Made by a program: the position numbers and the translations under genes. This document shows positions 32,769-45,679 of a DNA stretch of 64,000 bases, piece by piece (position 1 is the first letter of the stretch; every line of letters starts with the position of its first letter). The stretch is from assembly GCA_048772705.1 (NCBI GenBank), contig JBLWGC010000109.1:321217-385216 (forward strand), given 5' to 3'. The DNA comes from Leidyana gryllorum EB-2025a. Lineage: Eukaryota > Protista > Apicomplexa. The notes under the pieces are model-generated. The model made no database searches and was not told the origin of the DNA. It saw nothing but the letters and a program-made list of their open reading frames with translations.

Positions 32769-35700
32769 GTGGAGACCGCGTACGGCGATACCGAGTCCAG
32801 CGAAGGTCCTGTGGCGGATGACTCAAGTTCAGAATCGATGAGCGAGGCGGCCGCTGAGGAAGCCCCAGAGGAATTTAGCTCTCAAGAGATTTTGATTGGG
32901 AAGTGGCGCGCCCTCATAATGGAAGCTTCCGTGCGAGTGGACGATCTGACCAAGATACCGTTGGCTTCTGTGGAGCTTGGCAGGGGCGCGCCTGGCGATC
33001 ATTCGGTTTCTCTCAATTACAATGCTAAGCCCAGTCAGCATACTATATCGCATACAGCTCAAGGCATACGTGTTAGTGTGGAAATTGGGCACGGATTGGA
33101 CGGTTTTGGGCTGCTGCGATTTGATGGACGAAATTATGTGGCGACTGAATTCCACGTTGTGGGCCCCTCGCCTCACGTTCTGGACGCCAAACCGAGCTTT
33201 CAGCGGCCGGTGGAGTTGCGGATTGTACACCAAGCAGCGCCAGATCAAAAAGGTGAGCCGCTTTATTGAGTGTCAGATGGGCGATCACTATGTTCAGATG
33301 GTTCTACGAGGTCTCCGTTATTGGTATTGGCAGTGACCTTCACGCCGCCTCCCCTGACTGCTTCGGAACGAGACAATGTATTGGCGATCAATCCGTTTGT
33401 GGGACAAGTATTGGAGATTCCGACTTTGGCACCGGATATATACGAAGTCTTCCAGGTGGGCCGCCGTGCCCTACCCGGCGGCGGCTTCAACCTAAATGAA
33501 TTGATACCTTCTGATGCGTCCTTCTTCAACTACAAAGGAGTGTTGAGTGCGTTGGGTGAACGTGTCACTTGGTTGGTGATGAAACAACCGCTATCATTAT
33601 CGCGGTTGCAACTGCATGCCTTGGAGCGCTATTGTCCGTCGTCGGCCAGCCAAGTGCATACGCCGTGTGTAGGTCCTCTTGACACTTGACTCTCAGTGAT
33701 CGCTGATTCTATTGCAGGATGCGTTTGCACTCGCGCATGTGTATCGCTTCTTACCCAAATTGAAAAATATGCGGGCCCAATCACCCGCAGTCATTATCGA
33801 AGCACTTCGCAAGAGTGAGTACTGATCAATCTTTACCACACACCCGCCAAACACCCGCCAAACACCCGCCACACACACACACATTTGTCGCAGAAATGTA
33901 TGTCATGACTCAATTGGAGTCAAGTTTGACGTCTTCGGTATTGTATGCTTTGAGCACCGAGGGAACTGATATCAGCAATTGGCTGTTTGCGTTCCGTCAC
34001 AAGCTGGAGGAGCAAGAAAAGGAGCTTGGCGATCTATTGGGACTTGTGAGTGATGTGGGATGGGGTCTGAATGTTGAGGGGCGGGTGTTTTTCTCAGATT
34101 GATAAAGCGTTGGAGGCTTATCCCGTGCGTCAAGCTGATTTGGAAACGATTTGTCGGGCGACCGATTCGGAGGGCGAGTTGAAGTCAACGTATCTGTCGC
34201 GTTTCTTGGTGGCAGACGATGTGTCGCGATTGGTGAAAGCGTTGGACGAGTCTGAAGTTTTGGAGAGGGGAGTGGTGCGTGTTTCAACAATACAGCCGAT
34301 GAGTATGAAGGAGCCGTCGCCAAGGTATCGTAAAGCCATGCGCTATCTGATTGTCATTTCAGGCCTTATTATAGGTCGGTAACTGCCCCCGGCAGTTCCA
34401 TCAATCAGCGAAGGGACAGCTACTCATCAGATTCGCACAGCGATCGACACAGCCGCGCGAAGACATCGTATAGCGGAGTCGAGACGGAGCGATCTTTACC
34501 CAACAGTGCCGCCCGACGGGCTGCCCAAGACTCTGGTACTGGCGGCGGCGCTCCCTCGTCCAAGACGTCTTCTCCGGGGAGCAAAGTGAGCACTGCCTCG
34601 CGTAAAGGTCTCCAGTTCTCGGAGGTACCGGAACCCATTGGCTCAAAGAGTTCCAAGTTAACCTCCGCACTGAAGAGGCCGAAGTCGATGATGTCGTCCA
34701 TTAAGAGCAAAGTACAACAATCGAGCTCGAGCTCGAGCGATGATGGCGCAAGCGACGCGGCTTCGGAGACCTCTGGAGACTCCACTGACGGAGTCTCTGC
34801 CTCCAGCAGCAGCAGTGAGCGCTCGAGTTCATCCAAGTCCAAGTCTGACGATGAGGAGGAGAGTTCTTCCAGTGACAGGTCGCGGTCCAAGTCGGCGGAG
34901 TCCACGTCGGAATCATCAGAGGAAAGCGACGAGAACTCACGACGACGCGATGGTGACGACGACTCTGACACTGACAACGGCAAGTCGTCTTCGGGTGCTT
35001 CCAGCAGTGAGAGCGACTCGTCGGGCACAGCGTCGTCGTCTTCGGAGGAGGTCATTGTCACTCGAAAGAAGGTGGTGTCGACGACGGCCAAAGTACAGCA
35101 GAAGTCAGCTTTGAAGAAACGACCCGACGCTCCCGTTGTTGCGATCAAATCCGCTTTAAAGTCCAAAAAGGTGACGCCGGTGCCGGCGCCTCCAAAAAAG
35201 TCGGCTCTGAGGCAACGGGTGGTGAAGGCGGTGCTCCCGTCGTCGTCGTCGTCGTCCTCTGATGAGGACGAGTCGTCTTCCGCCTCGGCGTCAAAGGCCT
35301 CCTCTCGCAGCTCGCGGTCCTCTTCTGGCCGCAGTATTGATGTGGCGTCCACACAGCCATCTGACGACGAGGACGAGGCATCGTCGACGGAAGACGACGC
35401 GCGTTCCTCTTCAAGGATAACCGACTCGGAAGACGCTGGAGAGGGGGAGTCGGACGAGGAGGACTCGAGCAGCAGTTCTTCGTCCTCTTCAGAGAGCGAA
35501 GAGCGGTCGAGTGACGATGGATCTGAAGAATCCGAGATGTCGTCATCAGAGTCGGCGTCTTCTGCTTCTTCCTCCTCGAAATCATCGTCGGCGTCGAGCA
35601 GCGACACTCCGCGTGCGCGACGGGGGGGTGGAGGAGCAGTCGCTCGACGCGGCGGTCGTCGGAAGAACGACGAGAGCGAATCGCAGAGTAATACGGCCAA

Positions 35701-36369
35701 AAGTTCGGATTCCCGAAGTATGAGTCCTTCCAATGAGAGTGTGTGCGCTTCTCCATCGAGGTGTCCGAACGAAGTTGAAGAGCCGGAGAAAATTGTCGTG
35801 AAGAAGAAAGGCAATGGGCAACAACGGAGTGGTATTACGTTGTCGAAAACGACAGGTCAAAACGGCGACCGTACGCTAACAGAAGCTCAGGTGGAACTGG
35901 CACAGTTTATGATGAAAAAGCTCAAGAAGTCAAGCTCTGCAGGTGAGCACTGACTTTTTAGGTTCACCCACAGATTTCGGCCCACACAGAATGTACGGAC
36001 GATGTGACAACGGCCAACACGGCTGCCAATCTGCAGGCAACACAGATCTCCTCTAGCGAGTTGGCTGCCTTACACAAACGCGATCAAGAAGCCAAGCGTC
36101 AAAAGGCAAAGTCCAAAGCGGGCGGACCTAAGCGTTTGAGTATTCGTTTCAATACTGAAGCCCCCGTGAGCACTCTGCCCAACGATTCCGGAGAGGAAGA
36201 GTGGGAAGATCTGGACCGCAAACGAGATCGAGAGATCAGATTACGGGGCCGAAAGTAAGCAATCTCAATCTCTGTGGTGGCCTGTTGATGAACTCTCTCT
36301 TCCTCTCACAGACCAACGGGACATCCAAACTTGGGGGACCAAGTCGCCAAAATGCTAATCAGTGAGGAC

Positions 36370-36412
<43 letters not shown>

Positions 36413-37506
36413 ACACACACAGACACACACACATATTCATGACTCTGCAGAAATGGCGGGAGAGAAGAACGCCTCCCAAAAGGGCAGCAAGAATCCGATG
36501 GTCAAAGATGACGAGGGGCCGCGCTTCCAGCCGCCTGCGCTGACTGCTCAACCGAAACGAGGCGCGCTCAAGTCGGCGGCTCCTCCAGTGGGCGGCCCAC
36601 CGCCACGGCCACCAGCGACGGTAAGAAGCGGTTGGACGAATTTGTGGGCACCCACTCTTTGTCTCTTTGTCGCAGAAGGGCATTTTATCCAAAAAGAAAG
36701 CGGCACCGCCACCACCGCCGTCATCCTCATCGTCGTCGTCGTCGTCAACTTGTTATTCGAGTTCGGCAGCGAGCAGCAGCGATGAGAGCAACGGCTCTTC
36801 CGGCTCGGCCTCGTCGTCTTCGGGGTCGTGCAGCTGCTCAGAGAGTGAAGAAGAGCCGCCCAGAAAGCAGCCGCAGCCGCAGCAGAGGGCAAAGAAGAGT
36901 GTGGCTATCCGAAGGCGTCGGGAATCGACATCGGCGTCCTCTTCTTCGAGTCGTTACTCCTCAGCTTCGGCTTCTTCGTCTTCTTCTTCTTCTTCTTCGA
37001 GCACTCGATCGTCTGTGAGTTCCTCGTCTTCGTCGAGCAGTGAAGAAGTGGTGAAGCAGTGCCGCAACAAGAGAGTGGCCGTTGCCAAGAAGCCGGCCGC
37101 AGCCGGTAAGAAGAAGGTGGTACGGACTGCGGCACCCCCCCCTTCGTCCTCTTCTTCGGTATCGGTGGCGTCGACGTATTCGTCTTCTGCTTCTTCTGCC
37201 GCCTCGTCATCTTCGCGGGGGACCAAAAGCTCTTCGAGTCGCGGCACTTCGCGTTCCGCGTCTTCGTCGGCGGCGACGTCGCGGTCGTCGGCTTCATCTT
37301 CGTGTCAGAGAGTTTCGGCCAAGGCAAAGAATCGTGTTTCTGTGTCGTCAGTGAGCACTGGCAGCTCCAAGTCGTCGAGTAAGGCGGGAGGGCGTCGGGC
37401 TGGTGCAGCTCCTCCGCCTCCTCATGCAGTAAGCGGGAAGAGTGAGCCTAGAAATGCTACCACCACCGAGGCGGTGAGGAGGCTGGGGATAAGGGACTCG
37501 GATTGA
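32769..37506 (+). CDS. Carbonic anhydrase-related protein (degenerate alpha-CA domain) with helical region and long Ser/Asp/Glu/Lys-rich tail; multi-exon, start uncertain
   Basis: YVATEFHVV, PVELRIVH and FFNYKGVLS..ERVTWLVMKQPLSLSRLQL match the alpha-CA pattern. In-frame GT-AG junctions (33253-33276, 34325-34362, 35943-35989) link it to the Ser-rich ORFs; linkage of the last exons is less certain. Confidence 0.6.
36371..36432. repeat. (CA)n microsatellite, probably intronic
   Basis: Directly visible repeat run. Confidence 0.95.
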
Positions 37507-38566
37507 CAGTCACATTGTGCAGCAGCCGCCGCCCAAGAACAGTGCGCGAAAGGTTGGGACAACACACTCCTCTTCCAAGAAGGTTAATAATTCACGGTGA
37601 GTTGCGTGGGGGCGATGGAGGGGTTTGAGGTTTGAGGTTTGGGGTTTGGGCATTCGGCTTCACCCCACTTCGCCCGCCCGCCCTCCCTCGCGCACCTCGG
37701 CGCTGTTTGACTTTCGATGATTAGATCGCCGTTTGTTGAAGGCGAATCACAAACGCCGGGGACGACTACGAAAGCTGTCAAGACGCTCGTCTTAAACAAA
37801 GCCAACGTCCGTGAGACCACATGACAACTTATTGAGACGTTTCACTGTTCGTTAGTCAGGTACCCTCCCTTGATGATCACTTAACATCCGCGGGATTGAG
37901 GCGTCACTCGGGTCCCAACAACTCGTCAGCGGCTTTTTCCGGTACGGGGCCGGGCGGATTCCGTTCGGGCGCGAGCTCTGTCACGACGTGTGACCACCAA
38001 CTGGGTTCGTTCGTCGCCGCCCCTTTCGAGTCTGTGTATATGCCCTCGCCCTCGTCTACGTCAAAGCGGAACAGTGCGACTCAATTCAATGGTGTGGGAG
38101 CGATTCCGGCTCCCACAAAGAACCATCACCACCATTCGGCTCCCCCATTCAGCACGCGTGGAAAGCGCAGTGAGTGGGAGGCGGATGTTATTGTGGAAAA
38201 AGGGCGAGAAGGCGCAGTCCGGACGACGATCAAAGTGGCTGGCGACTCGGCCCAATTGAGTCGGGAAGAAGTGCAAAAGATGTTAAATCTGATCAGAAGC
38301 GGCAAAGTCGAAGATCAGGGACTCCGCCCCGTACTGGAAAGAAGCTGTCGATTGATGGAACACCTTGACGCCATCTAACGCTTGTCCTCTGTCTGTCCCC
38401 ACTAATGACGCGGCTATTCGGCTATGGTCTCTTGTTTCCTGTCTTTTGTCTCTTGTCGCCCTCCTCTGTCGTCCTCTCTCTCCCCCCGTCTCGTTCGCTC
38501 CGTCGCCCGTCAGACGTCTGTCCACCTTTGCGGCAGAAACACTCTGGCGCGAGGCTGCTCGGTGGT

Positions 38567-38650
38567 TCTCTCTCTCTTTCTCACCTTTCTCTCTCTCTTT
38601 CTCTCTTTCTCACCTTTCTCTCTATCTGTCTCCCCTCGCTCGCTCTCTTC
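38567..38650. repeat. CT-rich polypyrimidine tract
   Basis: Directly visible. Confidence 0.85.
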
Positions 38651-39475
38651 TGCGCCTCCCTGCTATCCCGTCGTTCCCTTCCTGGTCTATATATGGTGTA
38701 TGGTCTGCTTCAATGTGTTCCCTCTCGCACCAGGGCCGGCGGCGGAAGGTGATTCACTACTAATGACGAGGCACAATAGCAATACGACAATCGAGTCAGC
38801 ACAACAAGCAGCGTCCCCTTTACCAACGAATGATGCACCCTCTCAGCGTGGGTCCACCACGTCAGCGAACAAAAAGTCAAGAGCCGCCCCGAACCAAGTT
38901 GTTGTCCCACCATCACATCCAGCCCAAGTTCCGTCGGCGGCAACAGCGTCGTCGTCGTCGTCTTCTGCGGCTGCTGAAGCGTCGACAGGCGTTGTACCGC
39001 CTCCATCCACCACTCAAAGTACCTCCCACCACCAGCCATCAACCCCCCCGGCGCCTGCGATCGCTCCAACCCAGCAGCCACCGCCACCAAGGCGGAATGT
39101 CGTCGTTCTGCCGGGTCCATCAGTAAGTTACTCTCAATGTTCGATGGCTGGGCACACACACTTTCTGTTATCAGGAGGTTCCACCCACCAGTACTCGATC
39201 TTTGGAAGGCAACGACCCGCCTTCGTCTTCTTCGAAACGTGGGCGAACCGCCTCTCAAGAGGCCGCTTCCAAACGATCAACTGAATTTGGCCGTTTGCGG
39301 GGGAGGATGGCCTCAATGAAAGCGTAAGAACACATCTTCTGTCAACGGAATTCTCTCTCTCTGTCTCGCTGTCATTCAGTCCGAAGCCTAAGTTTGAGAA
39401 CGATGTCGAGGAGTTGCGAGTCAAACTTGGTTTGATATGAAATTTTACTCTTATAAGTAGCCAAAAAATAAGGAG

Positions 39476-39967
39476 ATGTATAACGGGGTCGGGCTGCCCA
39501 CACCAAGAGGTTCGGGTACTTCTGGTCACATACAGCGTAACCTGGGCCAATTGCCTGTTCGCCGTCTGGACATATCATCCAGACAGGTCAAGAAGACGGC
39601 CAAGAAACTTGGTGATCGAAAACCCGATAAAGCTATTCTGGAGCACAAAAGGCGTCGCCGGATTGAGGCCGCTGTACTCGAATATATGGAACAATTCGCT
39701 AACGACCAAAGTCTTTCTCAAGAGAACCTCGATCAACTCGAAGCTAAAAAACGCCTCGAACTGGCGGCTAAATTCACCAAGGAAGAAGATGTCATAGATA
39801 GACCATCAGCTGCCTCTTCAGCCGCCCCAGCACCAGAGTACGTACTCGATAACCTCCACATACATCTACAATCTACCACCAGACCCGACACCCACGATCA
39901 GGTGCTCAGAAAGCGAGCCGAGGACCGTAAACTACGGAACGCATTCGGTATCAAGAGCGATGAATGA
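39476..39967 (+). CDS. CWC21: Pre-mRNA splicing factor Cwc21/SRRM2-like
   Basis: MYNGVGLPTPRGSGTSGHIQRNL N-terminus, cwf21 motif ILEHKRRRRIE and LRNAFGI. Confidence 0.9.
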   Translation: MYNGVGLPTPRGSGTSGHIQRNLGQLPVRRLDISSRQVKKTAKKLGDRKPDKAILEHKRRRRIEAAVLEYMEQFANDQSLSQENLDQLEAKKRLELAAKFTKEEDVIDRPSAASSAAPAPEYVLDNLHIHLQSTTRPDTHDQVLRKRAEDRKLRNAFGIKSDE

Positions 39968-40861
39968 ACAACAAATGCCAAACAGGAGGACTACACCAAC
40001 AAGCATGTCTTCAACCCCACTTATTGGCTAACACTCAACAACAACTCACTCTGTGGAGTATGCCAGCCACCCTTTTCGCGCATATGTATCAGTATGTATG
40101 TTATATCTCATCCCATCGATCAGGCGGCGGCGACTGGCATTCCAACAGCCGCGAGGCACAATCACCATCCACGTCCCGCCGCCACCATAACCGATTGAGC
40201 GCTCGCCCCCGCGAGGGTTCGGCAGTCGGGACGGGCTGATGATCGATCAAGTAAGCAACAGGATCTCAATGCTTCGCGGGACCGGAGGCCAGTTATAAAC
40301 ATACTCATTGAGGTTGTTTCTAATAAGCACAAAATGCTGTTCTAAGCAGAATGACAGAACCCATAAAGGACGTGTTTTACATCCACACACACGTGTGTGT
40401 GGGGGCTATTTTTCCAGCTAGTCGCCATAATGGGTCCAAAAGTAGCTCGGTGATTTGATGTCGGCAGCTGGTTACTTGACCGCTTGTTAGACAAATTCGC
40501 TGTAAGCGGCCTTACGCCAATCCACAATATGCACTCTGAATTTTCGATCATGTATGGTCGAACCACGAACGCTCAGTCTGCTGGATTCTGGGACATTGAG
40601 GCCATCTGGGACAGTTCAGGGGCAAAGTAAGGCCTTAAGTATCGAATAAGTCGTGCAAACTCGCTGGTAGCAGTCGCTGAATGCGAAGTTTGGCGCCCGG
40701 TGGCCCTCCTCTTAGGACAAGGCCGATTTTGAGACTCGGGTAGGGGTTGTATGTTGCTTTCTTTCCTGTCAGAAAGTGTCATTTCATCTTTGGCAGCGAA
40801 TGGTAACAGAGAAGGCGAATCATTTCCTTGTCTGCTGATTCATAGGCGTTGTTTAGACATT

Positions 40862-41200
40862 ATGTGGGCGAGAGAGGCTATTCCTAAATTCAGTCATGCC
40901 GTTTGGCTTGCCGACTACACGATGGTAGTCGCGCGACCAGGTGAACCGCTACTAGGATCAGTTCCACCAGATGTGAATCTGATGCCCAGCAAGTCGGCGC
41001 TTAAGCAGCCAAACAATAATTCAGAAGTCTCCCCTCATCACCCGACAAAACACGTCAAGTTTGCGAACCCTGAGGTAGCCGGCGGGGAGGTCACCCACAG
41101 CCTCCTTTACCAGCCGGTGTCACGGGATGAGAAGCTACTCATGGTAGCTCCTCCATTCCAGATTATCCCTTCCGAACAGCGAAATCGATATCTTTCGTAG
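40862..41200 (+). CDS. Small hypothetical protein with KSALK and KHVKF motifs
   Basis: ATG-initiated ORF (MWAREAIP...). Confidence 0.4.
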   Translation: MWAREAIPKFSHAVWLADYTMVVARPGEPLLGSVPPDVNLMPSKSALKQPNNNSEVSPHHPTKHVKFANPEVAGGEVTHSLLYQPVSRDEKLLMVAPPFQIIPSEQRNRYLS

Positions 41201-41487
41201 CGTTACCCGTCTTATTTTTACTCTTGTTTCAATAGTCACTTGGAACACAGACAACGAAAATCTAATATATGAAAATGCCACAACGACAGAGTATGTAGCT
41301 GCTCGCAACGAACGCGTGTCGAAACAACCAACCCGTCGTCAGGGCTAAAACTCCGACTTGGCATGTTCAAACCCCTTCCTCCATTGCTGTATAGAGGCAG
41401 GTGGTTCATAAATGGGCAATCACTATTTAGAGACATAAACACGTACAGATCGATATGTGTCAGACAGTCCAGGCGCGACTCATGTAT

Positions 41488-42651
41488 CTATGCTTCTGAA
41501 TAGTCCAGCGCGATTAAAGATATGGCCATTACAACCATTCCTCCCACAAAGGATAGAGAAGTGATCCGATTCCCCGTGTCATACCGAATTGCCGCGAACA
41601 ACAACTCCTTCAGAGCAACATTCACCATGATTCCGGCCGTAAGGAAGAATAATACGCCAAACACAATCGGTGCTGGCGAGTCACCCATGGCCCACCAAGC
41701 CAACAGTCCGCCCAAAGGCTCTGCCATTCCACTCACACCCGCGTACAACAGAGCTTTCTTCCCAGATCCTGTACCGAATAATATGGGAACGGCTACAGCC
41801 AAACCCTCGGGAATGTTGTGAATGCCTATTGCAATGGCCAACCCCTGGATACAATTGAGTAATAGGAATCACTCCGGCATTGATCCCTTACCGCTCCCAA
41901 TCTCAAATCTGCCGCGCCTCCCGTAAAGGTGGCTATACCCTCGGGAATATTGTGCAACGCCAGCACAAAAGCAGTGAAGTATCCCAGTCGGGTTATCTTG
42001 TGGCAGTCCGCATGGAACTGCTTCTCAGCGATCAACTTGGCGCCCTTGTCAATATCTTCCGTGCCCACCACTGCTTTGAAGACTTTTGAATCGACCAGCT
42101 GTCGGAAACATGATTTATTCCGCCCATTGATATTATCCTCCATCGCCTCCAATTCGAAACTCAATAGTGATGACCGACCAGGATTGCTCAGAGGTGCTGT
42201 GCATGAAGTCGTTTCTGTTGAGGGAAAGACTTCTTTGTTGGCCCCACTTCGATCAGAGTGCGCATCCAGCAACAGATGTAGAATGCCATCCATCAAGCTC
42301 GCTAGAATCCAGCCAGCAAAGAACAAACCCATCCCGGTGGCCGCCACCGCTCGCTTGAGATGCGCTTCATCTTTCCAGCCGCCTTCTTTCGAAAAGCCTG
42401 TGGTAAGGAGTGTCTAAGTAGTGAACACACGTGTGTGGTGCTCGGTGCCTACCTTCTTCCATGTGTTCTAGACCTTCCGTGTAGATCTCCACGAAAGACA
42501 CGAATGTCATCACTCCACCAGCGAAGCCCAATGCACCTGCAAAGGGTACAGGCTTGATGCTTTTGCGAAGCAATAAAGCTAGCAGACCACCCAGTATGGT
42601 GGCCGAGCCGGCCAAGAAGGTCATGGTGATAGCTATGCCATTCCTGTTCAT
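41488..42651 (-). CDS. ZIP-family (ZupT/GufA-like) zinc/iron transporter, spliced
   Basis: Two HNIPEG motifs, SGMAEPLGG, AGGVMTFVSFVEI and several TM segments spread over three ORFs. Confidence 0.9.
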
Positions 42652-42739
42652 GATATATTACAAAGGTCGCGCCCAATGAAGTCTGTTGTTCGATCTAATT
42701 AGCTAAATAACTATTGCTTTGATAAAGTCTAATGTGAAA

Positions 42740-43901
42740 TCAGTCTGTTTCTAGTTGCTCGTCCTTGACTCGGCCGGACCCATAGTGATAACACTCATGT
42801 AAGCCAACGCTTACATCGGGGCCCGGCAAGCCAAAGGCGAAGTTGGGTGGGGCACTCGCTAAGGTTGTATCGAACATGCCCATTGGGTTGTCGCCGGCAC
42901 TCGGGGGAAGTGTGAGGTATTCTCCGCTGGAGGGGCACGTGGAAACGCCCCAGCTGAATGTTTGACATTGTTCTTCCTCATCGGTTTCGGGTCCTGAGGG
43001 GGGGAGCGGGGCGTCTGGTGAGACAGAATCGATGAGGACGTGCATCTCATCTTGGGCGAGAAGGTCGGCTGGTGAGCTGATGGGAGCGGATGATAAGGCA
43101 GCGAGTTCACTAGAAGAAGGCTGTGCGGTTGGCGCGTAGCAGTCTGGAGTGAAGGAGGCCGCAGTGCACGGCGTTTTGACATTGTGGTTGGCCTTGAGGA
43201 AGGGCGGTAAGAATCCAGTGACTCGTATGAAATCCATAACGGTCTGGGCTCTTGAAGATGCGCCATCGCTTCCATATTTCTGTCGGGTAGAAAAGGGATT
43301 GATTGTGTGGGTGACTACGGGTTGGGGCGGGAACTCACGAGGATGCTGAAGGAGCTCTGTTGTCTTCTGCATTTCTTGAGTCTCAATGAAGGAGGGGTCA
43401 GGAAGGGATGTTCTGACCGTACATGACTCCGTTCTAAGTCTCCGCCATCGCAAGTGGCCTCCAATATCCAGTAGACGACGCGATATTCCTATGGAAAGTC
43501 ACAGAAAAGCTGATTGATCTTACATTCTTATTAGCAGGTCGATAGACCCTCTCTTCCTTGGCTCTTACTAAGGCCTCCCCATTGTACCACCTATCGAGAC
43601 CATTGGGGAGGGATAAGATTTGACTCACGCGTAATACCGGCTGGGATCGACGCACATGACACTCCCCATAGGATACCACATGGCCATATCCCGCATCGGT
43701 GAGAAAGCTGGCTGAATGTGCCAAGCCCCCTCTGAAACACTCAAGGCATACTGATTGAACGCCTGAGAAGGATTGGTAACGGTTGGTATCGATCTGACTT
43801 ACCCGCACATCTTGTTGGATGTAGTCCATTGCCGTCAGACTTTGCTCATGGATTACCTCCCGAGTCGGTCTAACGTGCAAGTCGCATGGCATGCGCTTCA
43901 T
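42740..43901 (-). CDS. Hypothetical protein (two adjacent ORFs, possibly one spliced gene)
   Basis: 155-aa and 237-aa ORFs overlapping at their ends; no motif recognised. Confidence 0.35.
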
Positions 43902-45673
43902 ACGATCGACTTATCGCACCGAATCGACCATTATTACGGCGGATCTCCATCACTTCTAATTGCTCGGCCACTCTCCATTCAGCCGGCTTCACCCCTGACC
44001 GCTTTTCACAAAACAGGTCGCACCATCGTCCCTCACGTTCACTGCTCAGTATGCAAGCGCCATAGATGGCCTGGGCCAATCCCACCAATACTGCGGCGGC
44101 ATTCAGCCAAAAGTGATAATTCATTCGGTAGTGGAATTGGACAGATTGACAGATTTGTTGGGGAAGGGGATTTATGTCATTCTGACACCAAATGCCGTCC
44201 AATCAAAAATTGAGCCGCTCACGTAGAGATCATTGTAACGACAAAAGTAGTCATGAATTGAGTGAAGGGAGTAGTTCGCTGTAAAGGTTGCGAGCAATAA
44301 CTGCCAACAAAGGCTCAATCGGCCCCCACACATCCCAATGCTTACAAATGAGACGGTGCTGATAACAACGCAATCTGCCATCATCCACGCCTTATTCCTC
44401 CGCCATCCGACAATCATTGACAGTAAACCACCCAGGATGGCCGTCCCCTAAATAAGATTCGCAGTGGTCGCACTGTGCGCTACTCACTCCGCCGATCAAT
44501 CCATTCGATAATAACAAAAGGAAGAATTGATTGACTTGAACTTGGGCGTCACGTGACAAATTTAAATACGCTGACCAGGTCGACGCGCTCCAATTACACA
44601 TTCTGCTGCCGCCGCTCACCCAATTCGTCGCCTTGAGCAAATCTGGACATACCGTCCAGGTACCTCATACCAATGGCAAAGATCATGCAGCCCAAGACGA
44701 ACCGAACGGTCGCCAAAACTCCATATAACATTAGCACTCGACTGCACCAGAGATACAACGTCAACAAAGACGCGAACGATCCAGCGGCTTGGGTCCAGAA
44801 AATCCAGCCTGCTGTACCTTCAGTTCGCCCACAAAAGATCAACCGAGCAGACTTGCTGACTGCAAACATAGGCTCGTCTTCGCTGAATGGCTGACAATAC
44901 CACTATCTGGAGCATACGTAGCTGCCAACATACTGTCAATATGAAACCTGTCAAGCGTGTGCTCAGGTCGCAACCTTCGGTGCGCCACGTAGTCGGCGGT
45001 ATACTGCCCGCGACACACAAAAACAAGCACAACTACAGAGATCAACACTGCATGTACAACCCGATGCTGGTGATCGTACCGTCAACAATACACGATTAAT
45101 CAGAACATTTGCGTGATGTCTTCTAGCTAACGGCGAAGTGAATAGCCCCGGATCCAAGGCTCCGTAATACTGCATTTTAGCAGTTGATCAGGGTCCGTGC
45201 AAACGCACACACGTGTGTACGTGAAGCATTAGCTTACTGGATATATCGAGTCGATGGGGTATAATTCCCTGACTTGCCAATCCGGAGGGGTTGCGATCAC
45301 CACCAATATGTCAGACAGACATCCCAAAGCATAGCACACCTGCGCGTGCCGCCGTATCAAGAGCAGTTGCCCCACACCAGCGGTTGCCTACCAGATTGAG
45401 ACACACACACACAACCGAAGCAATCCATTGTGCTCGGTCAATCCTGCTCAGATGCATATCGCCGCCAGTGCCCCCGCCGCCATGAAGTCTGACAGCGAGA
45501 GCGGCAGCCAACATGCATGTTGTTACGAAGCGAATGATCCCAGATATCAGGTAGCACGTCCACTTGACACGATTTTTCCGCTTGAGGGGTGGTGTGTTCA
45601 AGGAGTACAAGTGTAGCTTTCGGTTGCCTATGCGTCGTACTACTGCAGGGGCCCTGGAGAAGAGGGAGACCAT
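43870..45673 (-). CDS. Hypothetical multi-pass membrane protein, multi-exon
   Basis: Series of short minus-strand ORFs with hydrophobic segments (e.g. FVTTCMLAAALAV, LMLYGVLATVRFVLGCMIFAIG, WLNAAAVLVGLAQAIY). Confidence 0.45.
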
Positions 45674-45679
45674 GATTGT

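Noticed and set aside
34420-35814. 464-aa minus-strand acidic ORF
   Set aside because: Antisense of the Ser-rich exon; splice signals support the plus strand.
37896-39284. Low-complexity plus-strand ORFs
   Set aside because: Partly translate a CT tract; coding exons are possible but no defensible model.
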